Source: a virus
Virus record (IMG/VR): IMGVR_UViG_3300042353_000076
Coordinates: 3,267 to 67,266 of that record
Length of the DNA: 64,000 nt
Direction: 5' to 3' (one strand)
Part shown: one piece after another, positions 29,818-38,068 of the stretch
Numbering within the stretch: the stretch's first letter is position 1
How the letters are laid out: the number at the start of each line of letters is the position of its first letter
The notes under the pieces: generated by a model
What the model saw: the letters and a program-made list of their open reading frames with translations, nothing else
Databases searched by the model: none
What the model was told of the DNA's origin: nothing
Translations under genes and position numbers: made by a program

Positions 29818-30081
29818 ATGAGAATTAATAATCACACTATGAATATCTATACTGAAGACTATGGTAACATTGATGTAGACTTTAGCATTGAGTGGACTAT
29901 TGAGGATGGGGAATGGGAGATGGGTACTGTAGATATCAAAGACTTCTACCCTACTATAGTTGACTATGATACAATCAAAGGGTTGTTAGATAATGTTATT
30001 GAAGAGTTAAACTTTAATCCATTGACACCTTACCGTGGTGAAGAGGATACCTATGACACCTTACCATCAGGAGCAGACTAA
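29818..30081 (+). CDS. Acidic hypothetical protein
   Basis: 87 aa, D/E-rich; GGGAG RBS; first gene after promoter copy 2. Confidence 0.6.
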   Translation: MRINNHTMNIYTEDYGNIDVDFSIEWTIEDGEWEMGTVDIKDFYPTIVDYDTIKGLLDNVIEELNFNPLTPYRGEEDTYDTLPSGAD

Positions 30082-30293
30082 TGTCACCGTCTACTACAAT
30101 CATCTCTGATAACATTAAGTTTATTAAAGAAGTGGCTGCTGTCTTTCATTATTGGATCGAAGATCCTAAGAAGAGAGATGATGCTCAGCGTATGCTGAAT
30201 GACTTTGATACTATGACAGTCGATAAGTTTTATCTTACTGAAGATGAAGAATTGTTTATTAACCAACTTGACCACTTACTGGAGACACAATGA
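30081..30293 (+). CDS. Hypothetical protein
   Basis: 70 aa; AGGAG RBS and TAATG coupling. Confidence 0.6.
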   Translation: MSPSTTIISDNIKFIKEVAAVFHYWIEDPKKRDDAQRMLNDFDTMTVDKFYLTEDEELFINQLDHLLETQ

Positions 30294-30505
30294 ATAACGA
30301 ACTAGATACTGCTGTTAAGACTCTCGTTGACCTGATCACTAAGGACTTGACGGGTAAGATTAATCTAATCTGTGAGCATGCTGTTACCGCATACCTTGAG
30401 AGTAGTGATTGTAAGTACCTTATCAAGGATGCTATTAGTGAGAAGGTTACTGAGTTGGTTGATGATGCTGTCTCTGATATCTCCCTTTCAATTAGTATCG
30501 ACTAA
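30290..30505 (+). CDS. Hypothetical protein
   Basis: 71 aa; GGAG RBS and ATGA coupling. Confidence 0.6.
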   Translation: MNNELDTAVKTLVDLITKDLTGKINLICEHAVTAYLESSDCKYLIKDAISEKVTELVDDAVSDISLSISID

Positions 30506-30717
30506 TGGATATTATCACCGCATATATGATTGTCCTTCTTACTGAGAAGGGCATTGATCCGGGTGAAATCCCCGCTGATAAGTTTGATGCATGGACTAAG
30601 AACATGCATGCTAATTTTAAATCATATGTTAGTGGCATGATCCCTGAAGATTGGTATATCCCACCAACTTATGAATGGACTGAAGAACTACCTGATATTA
30701 ATGGAGAAGAAGACTAA
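30505..30717 (+). CDS. Hypothetical protein
   Basis: 70 aa; TAATG coupling. Confidence 0.55.
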   Translation: MDIITAYMIVLLTEKGIDPGEIPADKFDAWTKNMHANFKSYVSGMIPEDWYIPPTYEWTEELPDINGEED

Positions 30718-30935
30718 TGGATATCCCGCTACTGATTCTAATGTTTGGATTTATTGCACATGTTGTTATAAATATTGTTAGTGACATCTTAAGTCGTAGG
30801 CATTATGATACTCGACTACATGAAGTGAATGAACGCTGTGATGGTTTGATTAAGTGGTGTCAACTATTAGACAACCAACTTAGTGGTATGCGTATGGATA
30901 ACAGAACTGTCCCTCTCAAGAAGAAGAAGAAGTAA
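30717..30935 (+). CDS. Hypothetical membrane-anchored protein
   Basis: 72 aa; N-terminal TM helix and poly-Lys end. Confidence 0.55.
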   Translation: MDIPLLILMFGFIAHVVINIVSDILSRRHYDTRLHEVNERCDGLIKWCQLLDNQLSGMRMDNRTVPLKKKKK

Positions 30936-30939
30936 ACAG

Positions 30940-31015
30940 AGAAGGGTGGCTGAAACGCAGTTATAGCGCACACCTTATAAGTGTGAGTATGTGGGTGCAA
31001 CTCCCGCCCCTTCTA
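30940..31015 (+). tRNA. tRNA-Ile(UAU), atypical D and T loops
   Basis: Acceptor AGAAGGG/CCCTTCT plus A73; D stem GCTG/TAGC; anticodon arm CACAC-CTTATAA-GTGTG (TAT at 30976-30978); T arm GTGGG-TGCAACT-CCCGC; no encoded CCA. Confidence 0.8.
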
Positions 31016-31028
31016 TTAAAGGAACCTT

Positions 31029-31253
31029 ATGATCTTACCCGACTTAGATGCTAATGAAACTATCTATGAGACTGCTGATCGTATGTATGATTGGCTCCGT
31101 CTTCATGGGTTTGCTGTTACTATACTTACGCCTGATGATTTAGAAGTTGAACCTAAACAGGATAAGATTAATAGAGAGACAGTAGAACTTGAGATGCAAG
31201 CGGCTGCTACTAACTACATTGAATGGCTTAAGGAAGGATACTACAATGGCTGA
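31029..31253 (+). CDS. Hypothetical protein (paralogue of the next gene)
   Basis: 74 aa; shares E.I.E....Y.W+R..G+AV...TP++ with 31246-31524. Confidence 0.6.
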   Translation: MILPDLDANETIYETADRMYDWLRLHGFAVTILTPDDLEVEPKQDKINRETVELEMQAAATNYIEWLKEGYYNG

Positions 31254-31524
31254 TGTCTTTGTGTATAATAAGGATGAAAGTATTGAAGAGAATGTATACC
31301 AAGCATACTCTTGGATTCGTAAGCAAGGGTATGCCGTTGCTATGTGGACACCTGAAGAGATGACACTAGACCCTAAGCATTACAAGGAGACTGATGGGTA
31401 TGTTACCTTTAGGGAAGACCATCTTGAAAGTGCAATGATTACTGCGGGTTATGAATATATTACTGAGATGAAGCGTGTTCTCTCTATTGATCCTAACTAT
31501 AAGGAAGATGACAATGAAGATTGA
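31246..31524 (+). CDS. Hypothetical protein (paralogue of the previous gene)
   Basis: ATG 31246 after AAGGA; 92 aa. Confidence 0.6.
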   Translation: MADVFVYNKDESIEENVYQAYSWIRKQGYAVAMWTPEEMTLDPKHYKETDGYVTFREDHLESAMITAGYEYITEMKRVLSIDPNYKEDDNED

Positions 31525-31939
31525 TATTGCTAAGCAATGGGTTGATGCTCTTAAGTCTGGTACTTATCAGCAAGGGCAAGGTAAACTACATGCCACAGAT
31601 ATTAATGGGACATGTATGTACTGCTGCCTTGGTGTACTGTGTGATCTGTATATGCAACAGAACCCTGATGAATTAGATGTTAAGGTTGTTACTCGTAAGT
31701 CAGATGTGAACCTTCAACACACTCAGATGTTGAGTATAGGTGATGACTCTATCACTGTCTATGATAATGATAGTCTTGTGTTACCATTGCGTGTTCGTGA
31801 ATGGGCAGGTATGCACGATGCACTTGGACGATTCACTAATGCATCACATGCACAAGACTCTTTGGCAGAACTGAATGATCATGGTATGTCATTCGCTAAA
31901 CTTGCTGATGTTATTGATGTGCATGTTGCTGAACTTTAA
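31514..31939 (+). CDS. Conserved phage hypothetical protein
   Basis: W..AL.SG.Y.QG...L...CCLGVLCDL...L..LND.G.SF...AD.I pattern, seen in many phages; function unknown. Confidence 0.7.
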   Translation: MKIDIAKQWVDALKSGTYQQGQGKLHATDINGTCMYCCLGVLCDLYMQQNPDELDVKVVTRKSDVNLQHTQMLSIGDDSITVYDNDSLVLPLRVREWAGMHDALGRFTNASHAQDSLAELNDHGMSFAKLADVIDVHVAEL

Positions 31940-31945
31940 ACCACT

Positions 31946-32019
31946 GTCCTTGTATCTCAATTGGATAGAGGCATCGGTTTCTACCCGATAGGTTACTGGT
32001 TCGAGTCCAGTCAGGGACG
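31946..32019 (+). tRNA. tRNA-Arg(UCU)
   Basis: GTCCTTG/CAGGGAC acceptor; D loop with GG; ATCGG-TTTCTAC-CCGAT anticodon arm; ACTGG-TTCGAGT-CCAGT T arm; no CCA. Confidence 0.92.
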
Positions 32020-32023
32020 CTTT

Positions 32024-32074
32024 GGTAGGTGCATATACAATAGGCTTTGACCCTATCATGCTATGTATCCTACC
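32024..32074 (+). ncRNA. Armless tRNA-Gln(UUG)-like hairpin (degenerate tRNA or anticodon-stem-loop mimic)
   Basis: GGTAGG/CCTACC and TGCATA/TATGTA stems topped by ATAGG-CTTTGAC-CCTAT, a canonical 5-bp stem and 7-nt loop with TTG. No D or T arm; fills the gap between two tRNAs. Confidence 0.6.
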
Positions 32075-32077
32075 TAT

Positions 32078-32150
32078 GGCACGGTAGACCAATGGCAGAG
32101 TCTACAGACTTAAAATCTGTGTAGTGTGGGTTCGACTCCCACCCGTGCTA
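32078..32150 (+). tRNA. tRNA-Leu(UAA) with short variable loop
   Basis: GGCACGG/CCGTGCT acceptor plus A73; ACAGA-CTTAAAA-TCTGT anticodon arm; 5-nt variable loop; GTGGG-TTCGACT-CCCAC T arm. Confidence 0.88.
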
Positions 32151-32155
32151 CTATA

Positions 32156-32227
32156 GGGATTGTAGCTCAATGGTAGAGCAGTCGGCTTTTAACCGATTGG
32201 TTAAGAGTTCAAGTCTCTTCTGTCCCA
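32156..32227 (+). tRNA. tRNA-Lys(UUU)
   Basis: GGGATTG/CTGTCCC acceptor (one T-T mismatch); GCTC-AATGGTA-GAGC D arm; GTCGG-CTTTTAA-CCGAT anticodon arm; AAGAG-TTCAAGT-CTCTT T arm. Confidence 0.92.
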
Positions 32228-32245
32228 CTAAGAAAGGATACTATC

Positions 32246-32515
32246 ATGGTGTTTGATACTGAGTTAGAGAAACTGATTAACGCAATTGTTATTATCGAAT
32301 GGGAAGATATCTCTGGGTATGCTGACTCATGGATGGATAAGAAAGACATCTATGATATGCACCCTCATCAATGTATAAGTATTGCTAAACTCTATGAGTG
32401 TAATCAAGAGTACATTACTGTTGCTGCTACTTGGGATGATGTTGGTTCTATTGTATCGGATGTTAATTGCATACCGATTGGCTGTATAAAATCTATCAAG
32501 AAGGTAAAGATATGA
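32246..32515 (+). CDS. Conserved phage hypothetical protein
   Basis: 89 aa; IEWEDI...W...C.S...L...IP...I..I pattern common in phage small proteins. Confidence 0.65.
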   Translation: MVFDTELEKLINAIVIIEWEDISGYADSWMDKKDIYDMHPHQCISIAKLYECNQEYITVAATWDDVGSIVSDVNCIPIGCIKSIKKVKI

Positions 32516-32814
32516 ATGAGACATTCACTAAGACATTAACAATTGACCAAGATAATTATACTGTGCTACAGTTTATGCTTATTGAACCATCTCGTTTCAG
32601 TGAGCCTGAAGCGGTGTATGATGTGGTATTCTCCATTCTCAATGTGAGAAACGGCGAAGTTGCTTCAATGAACCAGCGTATTAATATTAAGGATATTGAA
32701 TCACTATGGACTATGCAATGGGATTGCAAGCGTACTTATGAAGCAAGACAAAAGCAAATGGCTGAAGAAAGAACTCAAGCCAAAGAAGAAGTTACCTCCG
32801 TACAAGCGGACTAA
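32512..32814 (+). CDS. Hypothetical protein
   Basis: ATG 32512 coupled (ATGA) to the previous gene; 100 aa. Confidence 0.55.
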   Translation: MNETFTKTLTIDQDNYTVLQFMLIEPSRFSEPEAVYDVVFSILNVRNGEVASMNQRINIKDIESLWTMQWDCKRTYEARQKQMAEERTQAKEEVTSVQAD

Positions 32815-32868
32815 GATACGGCATCTTGATACACAAGACCGTGATGATGATAACACTAAAGGAAACTA

Positions 32869-33849
32869 ATGGCACATAACATTACAGATACTGATGGTGC
32901 AGTCTATAGTAAGACTGCCGCATGGCATGGACTTGGCTTGGTTATTCAGGAAGATATGTCACCTACTGAGGCAATGAAGATTGCTGGTCTTGATTGGACT
33001 GTTAGTAAGGTCGGTCCAGTAACCGCAGGTGATGCTACCTCTGATGACTACAATGCTATTGTTCGTAGTGACAACAATGCTATCTTGTCTATTCAATCAC
33101 CTGACTATCAGATCGTACAGAATAGTGAAGTCTTTGAGATGGCATACAATCTTGGTGCTGACATTAAGATTGAGTCTGCTCTAAGTATGGGTGGTGGTAA
33201 GCGTTTGGTTGTCTTGTGTAAGACAGGTGAGATTGATGGTGTCAATGGACATGATCCTATCGCACAGTATATGGCACTCATTAACAGTCATGATGGTACT
33301 CTTGCTGAGCAAGCACTACCTACTACTGTTCGTATCGTATGTCAGAATACATTGAGCATGGCTATGGCAGGTGGTAAGAAGTCCTTCCGTATTGTACACT
33401 CAGGTGACATGAAGAAGAAGCGTGAGGCTATGGCATCAGCCCTTAAGTTCTACGCTATGTCCGGTAAACTCTTTGAAGATAAGGTACAAACTCTTGTTCG
33501 TAAGGAACTTACTAAGTCAGAGATCCAGAAGTTCTGGTTGGATGTATGGGGTATGGTTGAAGAGCCAGTTGTGGCTAATCCAACATTACCCGATGACTAT
33601 GAGAACTATCTCCGCGCTACTGTAACCATCCGCAAGTGGGCTGATACCTTTGATGCTGAACGGGCTGAGTTAAATGGATGTAGTGCTAACCTTTGGCTTG
33701 CTGCTAATGCAGTAACCAAGGAACTTCAGCACCGTATCCCTGCTCGTGGTCGTAAGCCATCGTTTGAATCGTCTGCCTTTAGTAATCTTCTTGGTAAGAA
33801 TCAAGAGACTACTATGGATGTAATGAAGTTTGCACTTACCCTCGTATAA
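32869..33849 (+). CDS. DUF932 family phage/plasmid protein
   Basis: AWHGLG, AGLDWTV, Y..VQN.E.F, ESA..+.GGK, NSHDGT and T.VRIVCQNTL motifs. Confidence 0.9.
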   Translation: MAHNITDTDGAVYSKTAAWHGLGLVIQEDMSPTEAMKIAGLDWTVSKVGPVTAGDATSDDYNAIVRSDNNAILSIQSPDYQIVQNSEVFEMAYNLGADIKIESALSMGGGKRLVVLCKTGEIDGVNGHDPIAQYMALINSHDGTLAEQALPTTVRIVCQNTLSMAMAGGKKSFRIVHSGDMKKKREAMASALKFYAMSGKLFEDKVQTLVRKELTKSEIQKFWLDVWGMVEEPVVANPTLPDDYENYLRATVTIRKWADTFDAERAELNGCSANLWLAANAVTKELQHRIPARGRKPSFESSAFSNLLGKNQETTMDVMKFALTLV

Positions 33850-33872
33850 GAATCTAATAACCAAGGAGATAC

Positions 33873-36344
33873 ATGTCTAAACTGTGGGATTCATTATCTA
33901 AAGAAGAACAAGATAAAAGAACTGCACTACAAGTTATCTCTGAGGAAGATATGCTTTGTCTGTCGGAACATAAATACTGGGATGCATACAATGCTAACCC
34001 TGATGAGGGTATCCCTGAGCAAACATTGATTGACGCATGTGTCATCCATCTTACACCCTTCTACCAGCAATGGATAGATACGGTATCACAGAATAGGAAG
34101 ACACCTGAATGGGCATTCCCTTTGTTTGCTGTTGGTGCTGCTAAGATGGCAGACATTACTATTAGATCACTGATTCTCGAATGGTTTAACTCTGCTTTCT
34201 GGGAGCGTAAGTATGAGAACGATCTGTTCCCATTGCCTACTGCTCAACACATAGCACATGTTATATCTGAGATGGTAGTGGAGATTGTAGCCTATCAACA
34301 GGCTAAGAAACAATTCCGTGAGGATTGGCTCAAGCAATCCCACTACCAGAAGAAGTGGACTACTAAGCGATGCAAGGCGTTTGCCTATAAGATGGGTACT
34401 CTTAATAAGAAAACCTTCTCAAGGAAACAACGCGAAGACTTTGGTCATCACATGCTACGCATAGCGGAGATGTCTGAGGTCATTAACTTAAAGAACATTC
34501 GTAAGCATACAGGCAAGCGATGGAGTGAGCGTGTAGTAGTTACCTTTACTGATGACATATTGAGTGAACTTAATAAGCGTCATCAGGATGTGATTGCTAC
34601 CGCTGCCCTGCTGTATCGACCAATGATTATCCCACCAATTAAACATACTCTAAGTAGTAGTGGTGGGAATCTACTACCCCATATCCGTAAGCCTGTAGTA
34701 CAGAAGTTTAAGGATGTGATGTGGGATGAGAAGGTACACCAGAATGGTAGCCTTCCATCAGAGATAGTAGTCACTGGTCTTAATGCTATGATGCATACCG
34801 AATGGTCTATCAATGAGCGGGTGCTAGAGATAATGACTGCACTCTTTAAGAACAACACACGAGATGCTAACCTTCCCGTGTATGACTTCTCAGCCTTTGA
34901 CTTTGCTGATCCCTATCCTAAGGATGGGACTAAAGAAGAGAAGGCTAAGTGGTGTCAGCTCAAGGAAGAAACATATAGCAATTGGTATAAGGAAGAACGA
35001 TCACGAGGTCGTATGCTTGTCCGGATTAAACTGGCGCAATCATTAATCCCTCTGAAGTTCTTCTACCATATTTATACCTGTGACTTCCGTGGTCGTGCTA
35101 ATGCAGCATGTGATCTACTTAGTCCACAGTCAAGTGACTTTGATCGTGGTCTTATTCAGTTTGCTCAGCCAAGGAAACAAACATCCATTGGTTTGTATTG
35201 GTTAAAGATTCATGTCGCTAATCTATTCGATCAGGACAAGACAACCTTTGATCAACGAGTTAAGTGGGTCGATGATAACATGGACATGCTTAAGAGAATC
35301 AATGATGATCCCTATGCTACCCGCTCTGAGTGGGTATCACATAAGAAGAAAAAGAATCCAAGCTTCCAGCGTATCGCTGCTGTCTTTGATCTGTGTCGTA
35401 CTGATGGGTTAACTCAAGTGCCTGTGCAAATGGATGGTTCATGTAACGGTGTTCAGCATTGGGCTGCACTTATGCGTGACCCTTATCTTGCCAAGAAGGT
35501 TAACCTCATACACACTAACAAGCCCGAAGATCTGTATCAGTATGTTGCTGATGTGATGACATCTAATATGGTGTCAGTACAGGATGCAGATACTAACAAT
35601 GGAAAATGGGCGAAAAAATTTATAGAGTATTGGGAGGGTGACATTGACCGCTCTGTTTGTAAGAGAGCAGTAATGACTGATCCCTATGGTGTTACCTTCT
35701 ATGGTATTCGCAGGTACTGTAAGACTGAGGGTCACCTTGATTGGGTTGGTAAGGATGAGATTGCTGGTGCTGTTGTCGAGTTAGCTACCTTCATTGATGC
35801 TGCCCTCAAGGGTACATTGGTCGAGGCTAACAAGGGCAAGGCATGGCTCAAGGTGGTGGCTGATATGGCTAGTGAACTAGGTAAGAATGTTGAGTGGACT
35901 ACCCCGTGTGGGTTTAAAGTAGTACATCAATACTATGAGATACTAACTAGACGATCAGTCGCTAAGCTATTCGATATGAAAGAGTTACACTTTGGCTCAC
36001 CCGATAAGGAAACAATTGATGGTGGCTCAGTTAATCTAGCCATCTCCCCTAACTATATTCACTCACTTGATGCAAGTCATATGTGGTGTACCATATATAG
36101 AATGGTTGGTGCTGGTATTGAACAGTTCAGTATGATCCATGATTCATATGGTTGTCCTGCACCTGATGTTAATCTAATGCGTATGTTTACTAATGAAGAG
36201 TTCTGTGCTATGCATACGACCAATCTATTAGATGACATGCGGATCGAAGTATCAAAAGCATTGAAGATTACAGTACCTGATGCACCACCTACTGGTTCAT
36301 TAAACATTAAGGATGTTTTAGATGCGGAGTATTTCTTCCAATGA
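33873..36344 (+). CDS. Single-subunit DNA-directed RNA polymerase (T7 gp1-like)
   Basis: 823 aa. PMIIPP, DFRGR, motif A DGSCNGVQH, motif B RSVCKRAVMTDPYG, SPNYIHSLDASH and motif C IHDS. Confidence 0.97.
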   Translation: MSKLWDSLSKEEQDKRTALQVISEEDMLCLSEHKYWDAYNANPDEGIPEQTLIDACVIHLTPFYQQWIDTVSQNRKTPEWAFPLFAVGAAKMADITIRSLILEWFNSAFWERKYENDLFPLPTAQHIAHVISEMVVEIVAYQQAKKQFREDWLKQSHYQKKWTTKRCKAFAYKMGTLNKKTFSRKQREDFGHHMLRIAEMSEVINLKNIRKHTGKRWSERVVVTFTDDILSELNKRHQDVIATAALLYRPMIIPPIKHTLSSSGGNLLPHIRKPVVQKFKDVMWDEKVHQNGSLPSEIVVTGLNAMMHTEWSINERVLEIMTALFKNNTRDANLPVYDFSAFDFADPYPKDGTKEEKAKWCQLKEETYSNWYKEERSRGRMLVRIKLAQSLIPLKFFYHIYTCDFRGRANAACDLLSPQSSDFDRGLIQFAQPRKQTSIGLYWLKIHVANLFDQDKTTFDQRVKWVDDNMDMLKRINDDPYATRSEWVSHKKKKNPSFQRIAAVFDLCRTDGLTQVPVQMDGSCNGVQHWAALMRDPYLAKKVNLIHTNKPEDLYQYVADVMTSNMVSVQDADTNNGKWAKKFIEYWEGDIDRSVCKRAVMTDPYGVTFYGIRRYCKTEGHLDWVGKDEIAGAVVELATFIDAALKGTLVEANKGKAWLKVVADMASELGKNVEWTTPCGFKVVHQYYEILTRRSVAKLFDMKELHFGSPDKETIDGGSVNLAISPNYIHSLDASHMWCTIYRMVGAGIEQFSMIHDSYGCPAPDVNLMRMFTNEEFCAMHTTNLLDDMRIEVSKALKITVPDAPPTGSLNIKDVLDAEYFFQ

Positions 36345-36580
36345 CTAAAGTATTTAAAGTTACTAGTGAGGGTGAACTAGAAGAGGCAGTAAGATTGTTC
36401 ACTGCGTTGGCTGCATCTGTTAAGAAGAAAAAGAAAATATCCTTTTGGTTTCCAACGGAAGCCCTTAGTGATATCTTCTTACAAGCTGCGTACCTAGACT
36501 TCTCTATGCGTAACATAGAGCCGCAACCGAACATGAATGTAGAAATTTTTATTGAAGGAGAACCTGATGACAGCGATTAA
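36341..36580 (+). CDS. Hypothetical protein
   Basis: 79 aa; ATGA coupling to the RNAP gene. Confidence 0.55.
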   Translation: MTKVFKVTSEGELEEAVRLFTALAASVKKKKKISFWFPTEALSDIFLQAAYLDFSMRNIEPQPNMNVEIFIEGEPDDSD

Positions 36581-36794
36581 GATGACTGTGTTACAGAACT
36601 TGAAGCCACATAGGCGATTGACAGGACAGAAGTGGAGAGATGGTGATCTCTACGATAGTTGGAATCAACTGCAGAAGGATCACTTTGATGGACTCATTGA
36701 TCTCTATGCACCTATTGTTGAAGAGGGTCGTGAGCCTATGCCATCTGTTGCACAGCAATGGAAAGATGCATACAAGTGGAGAAACCATAAGTGA
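36567..36794 (+). CDS. Hypothetical protein
   Basis: ATG 36567 after AAGGAG; 75 aa. Confidence 0.55.
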   Translation: MTAIKMTVLQNLKPHRRLTGQKWRDGDLYDSWNQLQKDHFDGLIDLYAPIVEEGREPMPSVAQQWKDAYKWRNHK

Positions 36795-37447
36795 GTAGAG
36801 TACTAGTAATTGGAGACACTCACTTCCCTGCTGTGCTTGATGGTTACCTTCAGTTCGTGAAGGATATCAAGGCAGAGTATAAGTGTGATACCATCGTACA
36901 TATTGGTGACATTGTTGACCATCATTGCATTAGCTTCCATGCTAAGCATCCGGATCATCCGGGTGCGGTGAGTGAGTACCGCAATGCAATGGAACAGATT
37001 AAGGAATGGAAGTCTACCTTTAAGAACATGGTAGTTACCATTGGTAACCATGATGAGCGTGTGCTTCGCCTTGCAGGTGATGCAGGTATCCCTGACTTTT
37101 ACTTGAAGACTTATAATGAGGTCTACAATACTAAGTGGTCATGGGTAAAGAACCACACCGTTGATAGAGTCTTCTATCATCATGGTACTGGTGGCTCTAG
37201 TATGTACCCCTCGTTCAACACAGCCAAGGCACTTGGTATGTCCGTTGTAGCAGGACACCATCACTCATGTGCAGGTATCAACTGGCAGGTCAGCCCTCTC
37301 AATGCTATCTTCGGTATGAATGTAGGCTGTGGTGTAGATCGCAAGCACATCGGTATGAAGTACGGTGAGAACAATATCAAGAAGCCCGTGATTAGTTGTG
37401 GTGTTGTCATTAATGGCGCACCATATTTAGAACTGATGCCATTATGA
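36791..37447 (+). CDS. Calcineurin-like metallophosphoesterase
   Basis: GDTH, GDIVD, GNHD, HHG and GHHH metal-binding motifs. Confidence 0.9.
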   Translation: MSRVLVIGDTHFPAVLDGYLQFVKDIKAEYKCDTIVHIGDIVDHHCISFHAKHPDHPGAVSEYRNAMEQIKEWKSTFKNMVVTIGNHDERVLRLAGDAGIPDFYLKTYNEVYNTKWSWVKNHTVDRVFYHHGTGGSSMYPSFNTAKALGMSVVAGHHHSCAGINWQVSPLNAIFGMNVGCGVDRKHIGMKYGENNIKKPVISCGVVINGAPYLELMPL

Positions 37448-38013
37448 AAATAACAATTGACCTACCCTATGTAGTTGAACCGCATGGTTCTATTAATCAC
37501 CAAGTCTTATTAAACATGGTGATAGAAGCACATGCTAACTCAGCAAGGAATAATCCTAACGCTAGTTCAATGGCATGTCTTAACGCGAGTGGTACAACAG
37601 GACGCTTAGAGAATGCATTAGCTTCGGCTATCTTAACTCTTGGTGTCTATCATGCACCTATCTCTGAGGCTCGTCTGATGTTGATCACATCTACTAGAGA
37701 TATAGTAGACATCCTCAATAGGAAGATTCCTATTGCTGGCTTTGGTAATTCATTCTATAAGGATGGCATTGACCCAGCTTGGCAAGATGTAGCAAACTAT
37801 ATCGAAGCGTACCATCCGTGGTATCACTTTAGAATACAAGAGATCAAGAGTATTATTGGTCAGCAAACTCAGAAAAACATTTACCCCAACGCTGCTATGT
37901 ATAGTGCAGTCTTATGTGAGATCCTAGGATTTAAGGAAGGCACAGAGATTTCTCTGTTCATCCTTGCCCGGATCCCTACATGGACAGACATGGTGGTAAA
38001 TCAAAAGACTTAA
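37444..38013 (+). CDS. Citrate synthase-fold protein (short, catalytically divergent)
   Basis: H...NAS, LGVYH (cf. GPLH), GFGNSFY...DP (cf. GFGHxVY...DPR), YPNAAMYS (cf. YPNVDFYS) and LFILARIPTW (cf. FA.AR..GW), in the correct order and spacing. Confidence 0.75.
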   Translation: MKITIDLPYVVEPHGSINHQVLLNMVIEAHANSARNNPNASSMACLNASGTTGRLENALASAILTLGVYHAPISEARLMLITSTRDIVDILNRKIPIAGFGNSFYKDGIDPAWQDVANYIEAYHPWYHFRIQEIKSIIGQQTQKNIYPNAAMYSAVLCEILGFKEGTEISLFILARIPTWTDMVVNQKT

Positions 38014-38019
38014 CATTAG

Positions 38020-38041
38020 CCCTATAGTTGGGGCTATAGAA
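38020..38041 (+). promoter_or_regulatory. Putative phage RNAP promoter, copy 3
   Basis: CCCTATAGTTGGGGCTATAGAA in the gap upstream of the SSB cluster. Confidence 0.7.
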
Positions 38042-38068
38042 GATATTATTTTTTAGAAAGGAGGAAAT

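Noticed and set aside
30940-32227. tRNAs as a prophage attachment site or host-derived flank
   Set aside because: No integrase or repressor is recognisable, phage genes continue on both sides, and the sequence wraps within gp12.
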